Source of the DNA: Octopus sinensis
Lineage: Eukaryota
Assembly: GCF_006345805.1 (NCBI RefSeq)
Contig: NC_043009.1
Location: 65,534,001 to 65,598,000, forward strand
Direction: 5' to 3'
Length of the DNA stretch: 64,000 nt
Below the pieces are notes generated by a model. The model did not search any database. It saw only the letters and a list, made by a program, of their open reading frames with translations, and had not been told where the DNA came from. Shown one piece after another: positions 1 through 13,046 of this stretch (position 1 is its first letter; each line of letters opens with the position of its first letter). A program made the translations under genes and the position numbers.

Positions 1-32
1 ATACATATATACATACATACATACATACACAT

Positions 33-65
<33 letters not shown>

Positions 66-152
66 CATATATATACATATATATACATATTATATATATA
101 TACATATATATATACATACATATACGTACATATATATATATATATATATATA
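1..152. repeat. (TA)n/(CATA)n/(CA)n microsatellite
   Basis: Direct reading; similar TA tracts at ~535-640 and ~1250-1390. Confidence 0.95.
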
Positions 153-1759
153 CAGTCTTGTTTTCTTTTTTTATAGTCTGACAATCAATCGAGTTTAAAT
201 CGGAAGATTTCTAACTAGGGAATTCCGAACAGGAAATGGGCTGACAAACAAGAAGATTCTATTATGGAAAGACGTCTTGCCATTGTCAAGTGAAGCGCAT
301 TAGCAGCTGCTTTTACTGAATTTGCCTTCGGCTCTATTGCGTCTGCGTAAGGATATAGCAAGCAAGACGGAAAAAGGGGGAGTGCAAGGCAAGAACCAGA
401 GTCAGAATGTAATGCAAGGGACTGAAGGATACTTCAGAGAAGGAAGGGTTATATATTGAGAGAGTTTTGAACAAGCTTAGAGAGATAGACATAGAGGTAG
501 GAAAGAGAGACAGTGAGTTGGACGTGGAGTGTGATATATGGATATATATATACATATATATATATATAATATATATATATTATATATATATATAATATAT
601 ATATATATAATATATATATATATATGCGTATATATATAGAGTATGAGATGACAAGGTCCTCAGCTGCTCGAACGTTTAGAAGGAAGAGCCAAAATACATA
701 GTGCCCGTTTTACCGCCCTACATCGGTTATGGATGCCCCAAATCTGTTTGCTGTGAATTTTGTTTCACTCATTTTTTTCTCCCGGGCTTTCCTCTTGTTC
801 AACTCTGTCTCTCTGTCTCTCTATCTCACTCTATCTAACTATCTGTCTATATATCTATCTCTCTTTCTTTCTCTTTTTCTCTCTCTCACTCTCTCTCTCT
901 CTCTCTTTCTCAATCTGCTCTTAATATTTCTCCGCCAATCCCTGCACTCTCCTTCCCTGACTTCTCCACCCTTCTGCAACGTCATACTCACTCATGTGGA
1001 ACGGACAACCAATCAATCAATTGCAGCAAAATGGTTATTGACTTGACGACAAGTGCTTCGGTGGACTTGTCCCAAGAAAGATAGCTGTCAAGTACCAAGT
1101 GACAAGTGACAAGTGACAAGGATGTCGCCAATTTAAAATAGGACCCGGATGGAGAAGGTAATCCTAAAAAAAAATATCTATTAAACACATGAAGGGTTCT
1201 TTCATGACTCCCACAACAGCGTTCAAAATTAACGATTGCAACAATTAACATATATATATATATATAATATATAATATATATATATATATATATTATATAT
1301 ATTATATATATTATATATATATATATATATTTACATATGTATGTATTTATGTATGTATATATATATATATATATATTATATTATATATAAAAGTTAAAGA
1401 ATGAGGGTAGAAATTAATATTAATTAAATTAATATCAATTTAAATTAGTGGCCTGGTATATTTTTCAAAAGACTGAAAATAAAGACAATTATATTACATA
1501 TATATATAAAGAGGAATGACCACCAGGTTGATTCCTAATATACTAGAAGACCCCAAATGGTCTAAACACAAAGACAATTCTTGAGAACAATTTTGTTCGT
1601 GATTAAACCATTTGGTCTATACAAATTATGGAATTATGGGGGTTTAGTTCACAGGTGATCTAAACGATTAGGTATACTAAGTGGTGTAACGAATTATATA
1701 TATAGTGTTAAGAGAGTGTTGAATAAATGTAAAATGAAATCAAATTTTTTTCTACTCCA

Positions 1760-1910
1760 TGCAGAAGACCCGAAATTTGGGAGGAGGAGGCCAGTCAATT
1801 AGATCGACCCCAGTATGCAACTGGTACTTAATTTATCAACTCCGAATGGATGAAGGGCAGAGTCGACCTCAGCGGAATTTGAACTCAGATCGTAAAGACA
1901 GACGAAATGC
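1760..1910 (-). mobile_element. SINE family A (working name), copy lacking the A-box head
   Basis: Matches other family-A copies (gtcgacctc-gcggaatttgaactcaga; gcaactggtacttaatttatc). B box GAGTTCAAATTCC on the minus strand. Stops at ...gacagacgaaat. Confidence 0.85.
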
Positions 1911-2543
1911 AAAATGAAACCAAATTAAAAAACAAATGATAATGATAATGATGATGATGACATTGCTTTGATGAATATATTGTTATGGCGACGACATCCG
2001 TGTCTGTTATTTCCACAGGTGCAATGGTTGGGAAAATTGTTTTAAATGTGAGGTTCTAGAGGTATCGGTAAATTACTAAGAAACTGATTATATGCATAAT
2101 TAATTTGCAGATGTGTGAGGGGGTCCCTACAGAATGAAGCAATCCTAAGGTCCAACACAGGAACCCTACAAATCCTGGATTACTCTGACCACCAAAAGTA
2201 GCTCTTTCTCAGTCTATAGTTACAAAATGTGATTTGCTCCATCTATTTAGATGATGCCACTCACCTCATCTGCCATTGCTAAATATGCTGAAGAGTTGCA
2301 CCCCGCCTTCTCCAAAAGGAATTTGGTAAAATCGATGTGGGCTTCACCGAAGAGAAAAGTAATTGTCGCTACTCATTTCAGTTTCTTCCTCTAAAGAAGC
2401 ACTTTAGGTTTGGTCAGCAAATCTGGTTGGTCTTGGCAAAAAGGATAACGACAGAGTAATCTTAGTGATGGATACTCTCGAAATCTGAATCAGTCCTACA
2501 CGCGACAACAGCTGTTCAACAAAACTTCACATATAAAAATCAG

Positions 2544-2950
2544 CAAGAGTGGCTGTGTGGTAAGTAGCTTGCTAACCAACCACATGGTACCGGGTTCAAT
2601 CCCACTGTGTGGCATCTTGGGCAAATGTCTTCTGCTATAGCCCCGGGCCGACCAATGCCTTGTGAGTGGATTTGGTAGACGGAAACTGAAAGAAGCCTGT
2701 CGTATATATGTATATATATATATATATGTGTGTGTGTTTGTGTGTCTGTGTTTGTCCCCCTAGTATTACTTGACAACCGATGCTGGTGTGTTTACGTCCC
2801 CGTCACTTAGCGGTTCGGCAAAAGAGACCGATAGAATAAGTACTGGGCTTACAAAAGAATAAGTCCCGGGGTCGAGTTGCTCGACTAAAGGCGGTGCTCC
2901 AGCATGGCCGCAGTCAAATGACTGAAACAAGTAAAAGATAAAAGATAAAG
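2544..2950 (+). mobile_element. Full-length tRNA-headed SINE family B (CORE-like, with internal TA/TG microsatellite)
   Basis: A-box-like TGGCTGTGTGGTAAG, B-box-like GGGTTCAATCCC, CORE-like tcttgggcaaatgtctt, central microsatellite, 3' end ggcggtgctccagcatggccgcagtcaaatgactgaaac then AAAAGAT repeats. Several other copies in the window. Confidence 0.85.
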
Positions 2951-3029
2951 ATACGAAAATACTGAACGGGGTGGCGGTGTAGAAGTGGTGACAACACGTT
3001 GTAACTGTTTGAGGATTTCTCATCGTGGT

Positions 3030-3700
3030 TGCGTAAACAGCCGTGCTTTATATCGAATCTAATTGGGATTTCCTGAATAAACTTGTTGGGTAACGATTCG
3101 TTGCTTTTGGGACAAAAATCGACCAAACAATCTTTTCTTTCACCAACCTCATATCGAGAAAGTTGGCGAGACGGCATTTCTCCTCCTTATATATTTTGTG
3201 TATTTTCATTGAAATTTATTCCGGGTCGTGTTCATTTAGACTACCGAAGCCACTGTTAACTCCATTGTCACAAGCATATTCTGCTGTTTATTCAGATAAA
3301 ATATGTCTAAAGATAAAAATGGATTTCAGCCCCAAAAGACTCCCTGTTAAGGAAACTGGAGCATAATTATTTTTTCTTTCTAATGTAACTCCCCGAGCAG
3401 GTAGGAAATCCTTTGCTGCTGCCAAACTATTTCGGTGAATATAAACAGGCAAAATTGTATTATGTTTTTTCTCATCGCTGCACGAATTACTACAACTGTT
3501 GCTAGGGATTTTATATATAAAAAAAGAAATTCCTTCAGTTTGCATGTGTCTTGGAGCAAATTTCCAATTCATATTGATTTTTGTTTGTGATATGTTTGTG
3601 GATGCATTGCTTCTGCATCACGTTGGCACTTTCTATCGAACTCAAGTCAAACACCTAAATATTTCAATATCATTCTTTTCAGACAAACTAGGTGACAGAA
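3030..3700 (-). pseudogene. Possible heavily decayed RTE-type LINE endonuclease fragment
   Basis: Minus-strand peptide GERKDCLVDFCPKSNESLPNKFIQEIPIR resembles the RTE APE segment GERLV(E/D)FC..N.L...N..FQ..P.R. Many stops; recognised by eye only. Confidence 0.3.
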
Positions 3701-4258
3701 ATGAAATACATTTATCACCTTTCTTTGTAATGGTTTACATGACAACACTCACAAAAATCCTACGATTTCTCAAAAATATTCAACAAATCTATTGATGTTG
3801 ACAAAATATGGAATTATAAGTAAATCCAACTCTTAGAAGAGAAGTAATTGAAGCGAACTTCCTCTCTCTCTCCCCACGCTTATTCTGACAAATGTTATCA
3901 GTTTTAACTACGGTGTCTGGATTGGTATTTGCGATGAGTGCTTTGGGCGGACAATAAGTTATGCTTATTACTGGGACAAAGATAAGTTAATGGTATCTAA
4001 ATCACAGCTACAGTCATTATACAGTTTGCTTGAAGATTTTAAATGCGAACGGATTAGCCGTCAGGGTGAAAAGAAGTGCAAAATACGTGAATCAATTAAG
4101 GACACTAACGATAATGATAGATAAGACCAACTTACAAATATTTAGGAATCAATAAATGCATTCAGTGGAAGAAGAATTTAAGAAAAAATATGTTATAGCT
4201 TTTACGGAGATGTAGTTGCATAGCAAGTGACCTGGTCTGAGATCGTGTGCTGGAACGA

Positions 4259-4550
4259 AAACACTTGCAGCGTGGAAGGTGTTTATAAGCCATTTAAAAA
4301 CACACAAAAACCTTTAGATTCACTTCAACATTTATATTTAATTTGCCAAAATATTTTCGTCGCTTTGATACCGCGACCTGTTCACTGACAAAATTCCGTG
4401 CTGCATCTCAGAGATGCAGCACGGATGAAGAGGTTGCAGTCTCAAACCGATGAAAATATTTTGGCAAATTAAATTTAAATGTTGAAGTGAATCTAACGGT
4501 TTTTGTGTGTTTTAAATGGCTTATAAACGCCTTCTACGCTGCAATTGTTT
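4259..4550. repeat. ~290-bp foldback (inverted duplication), probably a Penelope-like terminal repeat
   Basis: Arm 4259-4409 is the near reverse complement of 4411-4550. Perfect 15-bp arms TCCGTGCTGCATCTC-A-GAGATGCAGCACGGA at the centre; a 10-nt indel between the arms. Confidence 0.85.
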
Positions 4551-5135
4551 ATGTTATAGATGAATTCGATAAATACTTAAAGCAGAGTTTAATAAAAAAA
4601 ACTATTAAGTTAAATGGGTGTCAAGCTGGACAAATAGTAGACTATGGTAGTCCTAGAAATCTTAATTATATTCTTAATTAAACAACAAGCCTAAACAGAA
4701 TGAAATGAGTTCACTTAGAATATCTTATCCCAAAGTGACATAGAAACATTTCGTTTATCGCAAATATGTGGCGGTAAATAAAGGTCTTCAACAACTAGAA
4801 ATTTTAAACATATACAATGGAGATACCGCGTAATGAACAAAGAATATTTAATACAATCACATATACAGCACGGGCGAAACAAAAGCTTTTCTCACTTGAA
4901 GGAAATTAAAAAATACTGAATCGAAGCTGAAGCATAGGAATACAGATGAACGGTGTGTTCTTTAATGCCCTGTTAAAACAAAGCCAATGCTTGAACGAAA
5001 GAATGCAAAACAAGCGAGAAAGGCGAAGAGGAGAAAGAAAAAGAATTGTCCAGGTTGAAAAGCAAAGGATTCAAAACTATGGGTAACTGAGAGATTCCTG
5101 AATTTGTGTCTTCTTCCTATGTTAACGATGATTAT

Positions 5136-6084
5136 AAAATATAAGTGAGCGTACATGAAATATAAGAGAGCGTACATAAAATATAAGAGAGTGTACATAA
5201 AATATAAGAGAGCGTACATAAAATATAAGAGAGCGTACATGAAATATAAGAGAGCGTACATGAAATATAAGAGAGCGTACATAAAATATAAGAGAGCGTA
5301 CATAAAATATTAGAGAGCGTACATGAAATATAAGAGAGCGTACATAAAATATAAGAGAGCGTACATGAAATATAAGAGAGCGTACATGAAATATAAGAGA
5401 GCGTACATAAAATATAAGAGAGCGTAAAATATAAGAGAGCGTACATGAAATATAAGAGAGCGTAAAATATAAGAGAGCGTACATAAAATATAAGAGAGCG
5501 TAAAATATAAGAGAGCGTACATGAAATATAAGAGAGCGTACATAAAATATAAGAGAGGCGTACATAAAATATAAGAGAGCGTAAAATATAAGAGAGCGTA
5601 AAATATAAGAGAGCGTAAAATATAAGTGAGCGTACATGAAATATAAGAGAGCGTAAAATATAAGTGAGCGTACATGAAATATAAGAGAGCGTAAAATATA
5701 AGAGAGCGTACATGAAATATAACAGAGCGTACATAAAATATAAGAGAGCGTAAAATATAAGTGAGCGTACATGAAATATAAGAGAGCGTAAAATATAAGA
5801 GAGCGTACATAAAATATAAGAGAGCGTAAAATATAAGTGAGCGTACATGAAATATAAGAGAGCGTAAAATATAAGAGAGCGTACATAAAATATAAGAGAG
5901 CGTACATAAAATATAAGAGAGCGTAAAATATAAGAGAGCGTACATAAAATATAAGAGAGCGTACATGAAATATAAGAGAGCGTAAAATATAAGTGAGCGT
6001 ACATGAAATATAAGAGAGCGTAAAATATAAGAGAGCGTACATAAAATATAAGAGAGCGTACATAAAATATAAGAGAGCGTACAT
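5136..6084. repeat. Minisatellite of 21-bp units (AAATATAAGAGAGCGTACAT[A/G]) and 17-bp units (AAATATAAGAGAGCGTA)
   Basis: Direct reading; explains the four long repetitive minus-strand ORFs between 4962 and 6110. Confidence 0.97.
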
Positions 6085-6215
6085 TGCGATATCGTTAGAG
6101 CGTCAGACAAAATGTATTGCGGTATAGTTGCAGCTTGTTCGTTTTTGTGTTTAGAATAACATCCTTCTCCATAAAATGTTTGGCCTCAAACCTTAAATTT
6201 TAGAAATCAGTATCA

Positions 6216-6575
6216 AACAAGAGGACCCAGAGAGCCCAAACCACCGCCAAGGCAACACCAACGTCCTCTCAAAGATTAGCCAGAGATGATTTGTAAAATG
6301 AGAATACCTGAAATAAACTTGACTGCTCTCACAAATGGGAATACTAAAAATGAACCCGACCACTCTCAAAAATTAAGTAAAAAAATAAAAACTGGAAAAA
6401 TAATCTAGAATCCTTGCCCGGTACTTTACCCATCCTAAACTCTAATCAGTTCGTGCCAGTCACGAGACGAAACATCCCTGAAAGTTTCATCCGAATCCAT
6501 CCAGTGGTTCTAGAGATATCTTATCCGTGGACAAACAAGCAAACACAACTGAAAAACAATACCTCCGCCTTAGCG
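6216..6575. mobile_element. Helentron-associated/DINE-1-like non-autonomous element (HINE type)
   Basis: AACAAGAG start; internal aaagtttcatccgaatccatccagtggttctagagatatc; short ACAA repeats; end aaaacaatacctccgccttagcg (half of the usual terminal hairpin). Architecture typical of metazoan HINEs. Confidence 0.6.
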
Positions 6576-6690
6576 TGATAACGCGTATTTGGTATCAAAT
6601 GGAAGCGCAAAATACAGCAATCTCGAACGACTCTTACATGGTCACTCGATGTGTTAAAAATAGCAACAAAATTTCCTTCATATTAAACAC
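6574..6690 (+). repeat. Old dispersed repeat, copy 1 (copy 2 at 8210-8320)
   Basis: cgtgataacg-gtatttggtatcaaatg...gactcttacatgg-cactc-atgtg-taaaaatag-aaca-aatttcctt is shared, roughly 80% identical by eye. More degenerate relatives near 30680, 52100, 57530, 58400 and 59580. Confidence 0.75.
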
Positions 6691-7108
6691 ATTTACCTAA
6701 AAATAAATAATTCAATTACTTTCGGTAGTGTAACTAGGGACCGACATAATCTGAACTAAAGATGGATGCGTTGTCATAATAAAATGTGAAAATAAAGCAA
6801 AGAACAAGATTAGAAGCCAGCAACAACAAGAGCTGTTGAGGCGTTCATCCATATGAGGCCAAGACATGAGAAGCATCTGTCCGAAGTCGTGGACAGGCAG
6901 AATAGTGAACGCATCAAATGACATAGCATGTGAATGTCTACATTCTGAGTTCAACTCCAGTCGTGGCCTAATTCTGTGGTGGATACGCCTCTTCGCCTTC
7001 AATTCTTTGATTCAAGGATTCCGGCAGCGTTTCCAATTTGGGAACAACTTCCTGTATCAGATATCTTGACAGTCTTCATGAGAACTACTACACTCCTTGG
7101 CTAAGCGC

Positions 7109-7160
<52 letters not shown>

Positions 7161-7167
7161 CATACAC

Positions 7168-7202
<35 letters not shown>

Positions 7203-7240
7203 CACACAATATGCTTCCATATTCCGTATACATATATATG

Positions 7241-7271
<31 letters not shown>

Positions 7272-8209
7272 TATACGCACGCACACACAAACACATAGAC
7301 ACACACACACAATATGATTCCATTCTCTTTCTGTTTACCAAATTATCTTACAAGGTGTTTTTCGGACCCTTGGGATCTAGTTGAAGACAATTCTGCAAGG
7401 TGCTATGCAGGAAGATTGAATCCGAAACCATCTATTTGCGATGCGAACTTCTCAACAACACAGCCAGCCAGCCATCCGTCCACCCAGCTACCCATCCACG
7501 CAGCCATCCGTCCCTCCGTCCACCCAGCTAGCTACCCCTCCACCCAGCCATCCGTCCCACCGTCCACCCAACTAGCCACCAAAGCCACCTCTTCATCCAT
7601 TCATCCGCCCATCCTACCTTCCCACCCACATACACATATAGCGTATGAGTGAACGAAGCCGGCACAGCTAATGTCGAAGTTTCTTTGGCGTCGGAGTCAG
7701 CTGATCTCAGAGCTAAGCTGAGACCAATCGGCAACAAGCAACACCGTTATGATCAGTACAACAGAATACGTAATACAAACGTCTCCTTCTAATGTCAGGG
7801 GAAATAATGACCGATTTGTGGAAGCGGATGTTGCGCGGATTATGTTACTTTATAAATCACAAATTATTACAAATGCAAGTTTCTGAAACTTTCGGCTAAT
7901 TAATTTCCAGTTAATGAGCTTGATGGTTCGATTTCTTCATTAGAGGAAGTCGGTAACACATTTCCGGTTTATAGTCTTGTAGCAGATTGTAAAGCTGCTC
8001 TTTAGATGTGGCACATCAGGCACAGACCAACAGCAGCAGCAGCAACAGCATCATCTGCAGAGATAATCAACAGTAAGCGCAATAAGTCAAAGAGGAACAC
8101 CTATGTGGTTACACGAACGGCTGAAAATAGCAGCGAAATCCGACTCAAATCTCACACTAATTAGAATGAACAAATTATTCGGGATTCAGTTATTGACAGG
8201 CAATGATCA

Positions 8210-8320
8210 CGTGATAACGTGTATTTGGTATCAAATGAAAGCGTAATATAAAGCGATCTCGAATGACTCTTACATGGCCACTCTATGTGCTAAAAATAGT
8301 AACAGAATTTCCTTATTAAA
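8210..8320 (+). repeat. Old dispersed repeat, copy 2
   Basis: Aligns by eye to 6574-6690. Confidence 0.75.
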
Positions 8321-8540
8321 AAGGACATGCTGGATAACAGTTGGGATGTTCAATGCTGGAGATACTTAGACATTTGAACAGGAATCCTGCAATGCTCGGT
8401 TAAGATCTGTTGTTAAATTCGGTATAGTCGATGTGGGTCAATCATTTGTCTGTGTGCAAGTGTGTGCGCGCGTATACATAAATATATTCACACATACATT
8501 GAGATACACACACATATATATGCGTATGTGTATGCTTATA

Positions 8541-8876
8541 GTGAAGGCGCATGGCTCAGTGGTTAGAGCGTCGAGCTTACGATCGTGAGGTTGTGAGCTC
8601 GAATCCCGGACCGGGCTGCGTGTTGTGTTCTTGAGCAAGGCACTTTATTTCACGTTGCTCCAGTTCACTCAGCTGTAGAAATGAGTTGCGACGTCACAGG
8701 TGCCAAACTGTATCGACCTTTGTCTTTCCCTTGGATAACACTGGTGGCGTGGAGAGGGGAGGCCGGTATGCATGGGCGACTGCTGGTCTTCCATAAACAA
8801 CCTTGCCTGGACTTGTGTCTAGGAGGGTAACTTTCTAGGTGCAATCCCATGGTCATTCATGACCGAAGGGGGTCTT
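8541..8876 (+). mobile_element. Full-length tRNA-headed CORE-type SINE family C with 11-bp TSD
   Basis: A box TGGCTCAGTGG; B-box-like GAGCTCGAATCCC; CORE-like gtgttcttgagcaaggcacttt...cagctgtagaaatgagt; TGTATGCTTAT at 8529-8539 and 8881-8891. Confidence 0.88.
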
Positions 8877-9704
8877 TTTTTGTATGCTTATGTATGTATG
8901 TATATATGTTCTCTTCTATCTTTAATCTTCAATCTTTAATCCTCTGAAGAAGGATATAGTTTCTAACAAAGATACAAAGCTCCTTCGTTTGGAATGTTAG
9001 CAGCAAAAATAATTTCACATTTTAAAATTGAGAAACGTGTTGCGTATTCTTACAGTTCCACTTACAATTGTATTCTTAATGTCCGAATTATGTATGTATG
9101 TATGTATGTCTGTCTGTCTGTCTGTATGTATGTATGTATGTATGTACTATTCTCTATTTTATTCTGGTGTCTGCTTCACTCACAACTAACCATTGATCCC
9201 TGTATTGGGAACTTGTTCTCCACGGCTTTGAACTAGGAGAGATTCTTTTTTATCTCTTTACTGCATTTCTGGATATTAATAATTTGCCCGTTCACCAGTC
9301 CACAGTTTTAATTTATTGGATCTTTTCTACACTAGAATCAACTCTGAGCCTGTTCTCATGTCACCACAAACATCTTATAAACGGTGGCGTCATATCAAGC
9401 AAACTTACTGCAAGGAAACCAAACAGAAGTGTTCAAACTGCTATACAAAATTCAAAGTCTAATATAAATATGAAGCCTTAGACATTTAATAATTGGATGA
9501 AACAGTTAATTAAAAATCGATTCGTCTTCCGTAGTATTTGAACTCAAGATACGACGCCATGTGTTTAGACGTACATTATGTCAGCAGTGATTTCATTCTA
9601 CAACACTGCTTCATAGAACGGAATTGACGATACACTTTCGATTCCTGATTGGAGCCTTACCTCGTTATAACATTTCCATTCAAATTGTTGCGTATGTAAC
9701 TCTT

Positions 9705-9960
9705 ACCTTTTATTTGTCTCAGTCGTTAGACTGCGGCCATGCTGGGGTTCCGCCTTGAAGAATTTTACTCGGGAGAATCAAGCCAAGTTTTTATTTTTTA
9801 AAGTCTGGTACTTACTGTATCGATCTCTTTTACCGAACCTCGAAATTACGAGGTCGTAAACATACCAACACCGGCTGTCAAGTAGTGGCGGGGGACAAGC
9901 ATAGACACAAAAACTTAACACCCACCTATCACACACAAACACACATCTATCTATCGACAC

Positions 9961-10055
<95 letters not shown>

Positions 10056-10208
10056 TAGGCTTCTTTCCGTTTCCATCAGCCAAATCCGCTTACAAGGCTT
10101 TGGTCGGCCCGATGTTATAGTAGAAGATAAATGCTCAAGTTGCCACGCAATGAGACTGAACCTACGATCATGAGGTTGGGAAGCAAACTTTTTGCACATT
10201 ACCAACTC
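9705..10208 (-). mobile_element. SINE family B, full length, with expanded internal (TA)n
   Basis: Reverse complement of the 2544-2950 architecture, including the ccagcatggccgcagtc 3' end. Confidence 0.8.
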
Positions 10209-12341
10209 CAAAAAAATTTCAGGCCTTGTGCCAATAGCAGAAAAGATGATCAGAATTAAAAATATTATTGTCATCATCGTCATTATTATTATTAATCATA
10301 ACATTATTAATAGTTTATGCATTTATTTTCTTGTTTGTTGTGTTCTACTCACTTTTTTTTTTACAGGGAAGCTATTTCAATAAAGTCTCTCCCCTACAAC
10401 CATGGACCCCAAACGGAATTTTTTCGAACGGTAACATACTTCTTCACTACGTTATTCATTGCAGGGAAATGTTGTGTTATAATTGTTGTTGTCGTTGTTT
10501 TTTTAATGCAAGTTCGTCTGGATCAAACAGATTGAAGATCAAAGGTATTCCAGTTCTGACCAGATCCCATATTTTATTCAGACATTGCGTTTCTAGAAAT
10601 ACATTTCTGTTTCATTTCTTTTTTTTTTTGTTGTTTTTAGAGTGGACGTGAATTGAGGTGAAGCGACCATAATATTTCTAACAGGTCGGTCAACTACGCA
10701 GAGATTCTTTCGTTGTCTCATGACAAATTAATAATGGATGAACTTGAAGAAGGACATTTAAAGAAGTTATCTTGTGTTACATTAGTGAAGTGCCAACCGT
10801 CGACTGCCACAGTAGCATGTGATCTTACATCTTGCCTTATAAATGTGTCGTCTTTCTTTTTGGCAAAATAACCAAGTCCAACACATTTCATATTTGATAT
10901 TCGAAATGACGTGTCGAGTATTCATAACAGGATGATGTATCTAGCAGATCAAAATCACTTATCTGATATCAAGTCACGTGTTACTTCGATGAGAAACGTC
11001 ATTTATCATCTTCTCTTTCCTTTCCTCCAAATAAAATAACGCTTTTCTGACGACTTTGTCTGCGGCAGACAACAAGACACTTCGCCATAACTGCACGCTT
11101 TTATCAGCCCCAGAAAGTGATAATTCAGATTTAACATATTGATTTGTGAGTAAATTAAGTATTCATCATCTCCCTGTTGCCAATCACTTCGTACATCCAA
11201 ATCATCGATCACCTTTTAACTCCATTTATCAGCATATTTGTCACACGAAAAGCAGTTAATTAATTCATTATCACAAAATATGAAGCACCTATGATTAAAC
11301 ATTACATGGACACCACAGAATATTACATTATAAAACGAAAGCATTAAAACCAAAGAGACGTGGAGAAAAATATGGTTTTGTTGTGACTTTAAGGAATTAA
11401 CAAAGAGAGAGAGACACGTGCGTAGACATGTATGAGTTGAATGGCGACCAAATGTCTTGCAGAAACCGTTCTGATATTATCGGTCCTGAGTTCTCACTTT
11501 GTTGGGGTTGCCGATAAATAAAGTACCGGGTGAGTGCTAGGGACGTCTTTCTCTCTTTTTAGTCTTACAGCTGCAATGGTCTATCAGAGAATGGTAAAAA
11601 AAAAAAATATTCACAATAGAGAAGGATGGAGCTAAGGACTATGAACCTCTTCTCACCTGGTGAAATACTAGAATCACTCTGTGAAACAAGAGAATATGGC
11701 GGATGTGAAGAGCGATGCGCTGAGTAATATGGTAAGGACCAGGTGGAATACACACACACACACACACACACACACACGTAAGTATGTATTTATGTATGTA
11801 TGTAGGTATATATGACAGTTTATTTCAAGATTTGTTGCCAATAGAGAAAGAACCGGTTTCTAACCTAGATCCAAGGTTCCTTCATTGGAATTTCAAGATC
11901 AACAACAGGGTATTTTTGTATGTATTGATGGATGAATAGATGGAGGGAGGGAGGGAGGGAATGGCTGGATGGGGGACAGAGGGAGTGGTGGATGGTTGGA
12001 TGGATGGATGGACGGGTAGGTGGAGGGAGGGAGAAATAGATGGATGGTTGGACAACTCTATATGAAAGGATTATTCAATTAAGTTGACCGCAGGGCTTCT
12101 TTTCAGTTTCTAGTTTGCCGAAATACTAGTTTTCAGTGACATAAACGAACCAACGCAGAACGAATTCTAAGAGGTATATAAACACAGATCCCCACATGCA
12201 AACGTATGAGTGCGCGTGCATGATCGGATTCTGCTCAGTTTCCGTCTACTAAATTCATTCACAAGACATTCGCTATCGCAGTGCTATATAAGACGATTTA
12301 TGCTGAAGGTTCCACGCGTGGAACTGAGCCACGGCTTCGTT

Positions 12342-12627
12342 GTTTCCATTGCAGCTGTCCAAATCGCATCTTACGGCCTTTACAGTGTTCGCGGAGCATC
12401 GAGCAGTAGTCATGAGGTCGGCATTTTGATACCGGCGCAAATCATCCTGATACAAGCAACTCTTTACCAATATTCAGATGGCTTCCTGTCCTCCATGTCC
12501 GCTAACATTTTCAACTACAACTTAATTCTTTACGATCACCAACATCTTCCACTGTGCAACCAATGCATCAAGCACTTCCTGCAAACAGGAGACATAAAAC
12601 ATCATCAAATTTACTCCGAACATCCTG
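12342..12627 (-). mobile_element. 5' end of a Tc1/mariner-superfamily element (maT/DD37D-like N-terminus), pseudogenised
   Basis: TA|CAGGATGTTCGGAG terminus at 12627. ATG at 12496 gives MEDRKPSEYW*RVACIRMICAG, then after a frameshift QNADLMTTARCSANTVKAVRCDLDSCNGN, which resembles an HTH-bearing transposase N-terminus. Truncated by a family-B SINE head at ~12220-12345. Confidence 0.65.
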
Positions 12628-13046
12628 TACACACATGCGCGCGCGCTGCTCGCAGATACACACAGTCGCACTTCATGGCTTAAAGGGCCTTAAAAAAGTT
12701 AAGCACTATTCTTTTATGCTTTTACTGGTTCTAACCATTAGACTGAAGCTATACGGGGTCACCCATTGTCTAGAATTCTTTTCGATTATATCCACCCAAG
12801 CACTCATTCTATTCAGAGAGATATTTCATCGGAATCCATTTGTGGAATCGCAAAGGTGACACAACATGTTTTTGCTTTTTGTTGTGTTTTTTATTTTTTT
12901 AGAATTTTGTAAACATTAGCACTGACATAAACACAGTCACAGATATATCAGTCGCCAAGTTTAGAAAGGACTTGGTTGTAGATACGCCTCTTCTCTCAAA
13001 GCTGATCTGGTCTTAAACAATGGTAACAACAAAAGCAACAACAGCA

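Noticed and set aside
4962-6110. Long ORFs of 113-320 aa
   Set aside because: They are translations of the minisatellite.
7645-7785. Short open frame EAGTANVEVSLASESADLRAKLRPIGNKQHRYDQYNRIRNTNVSF* (also ~50-65 aa at 21290-21480, minus)
   Set aside because: No recognisable homology or convincing splice sites; the length is within chance expectation.
8541-8615. tRNA genes at the SINE heads (also 16178, 46830-46906, 51574, 52460-52530)
   Set aside because: A/B boxes are present, but each continues into a shared SINE body with a tail and often a TSD; these are tRNA-derived heads, not tRNA genes.
12555-12623. C2H2 zinc-finger pattern CNQCIKHFLQTGDIKHHQIYSEH in ORF 12210-12683 (+)
   Set aside because: It overlaps the TIR and 5' leader of a minus-strand Tc1/mariner remnant. 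It is a single finger with no TGEKP linker, and the ORF start lies in an antisense SINE head, so it is most likely chance.
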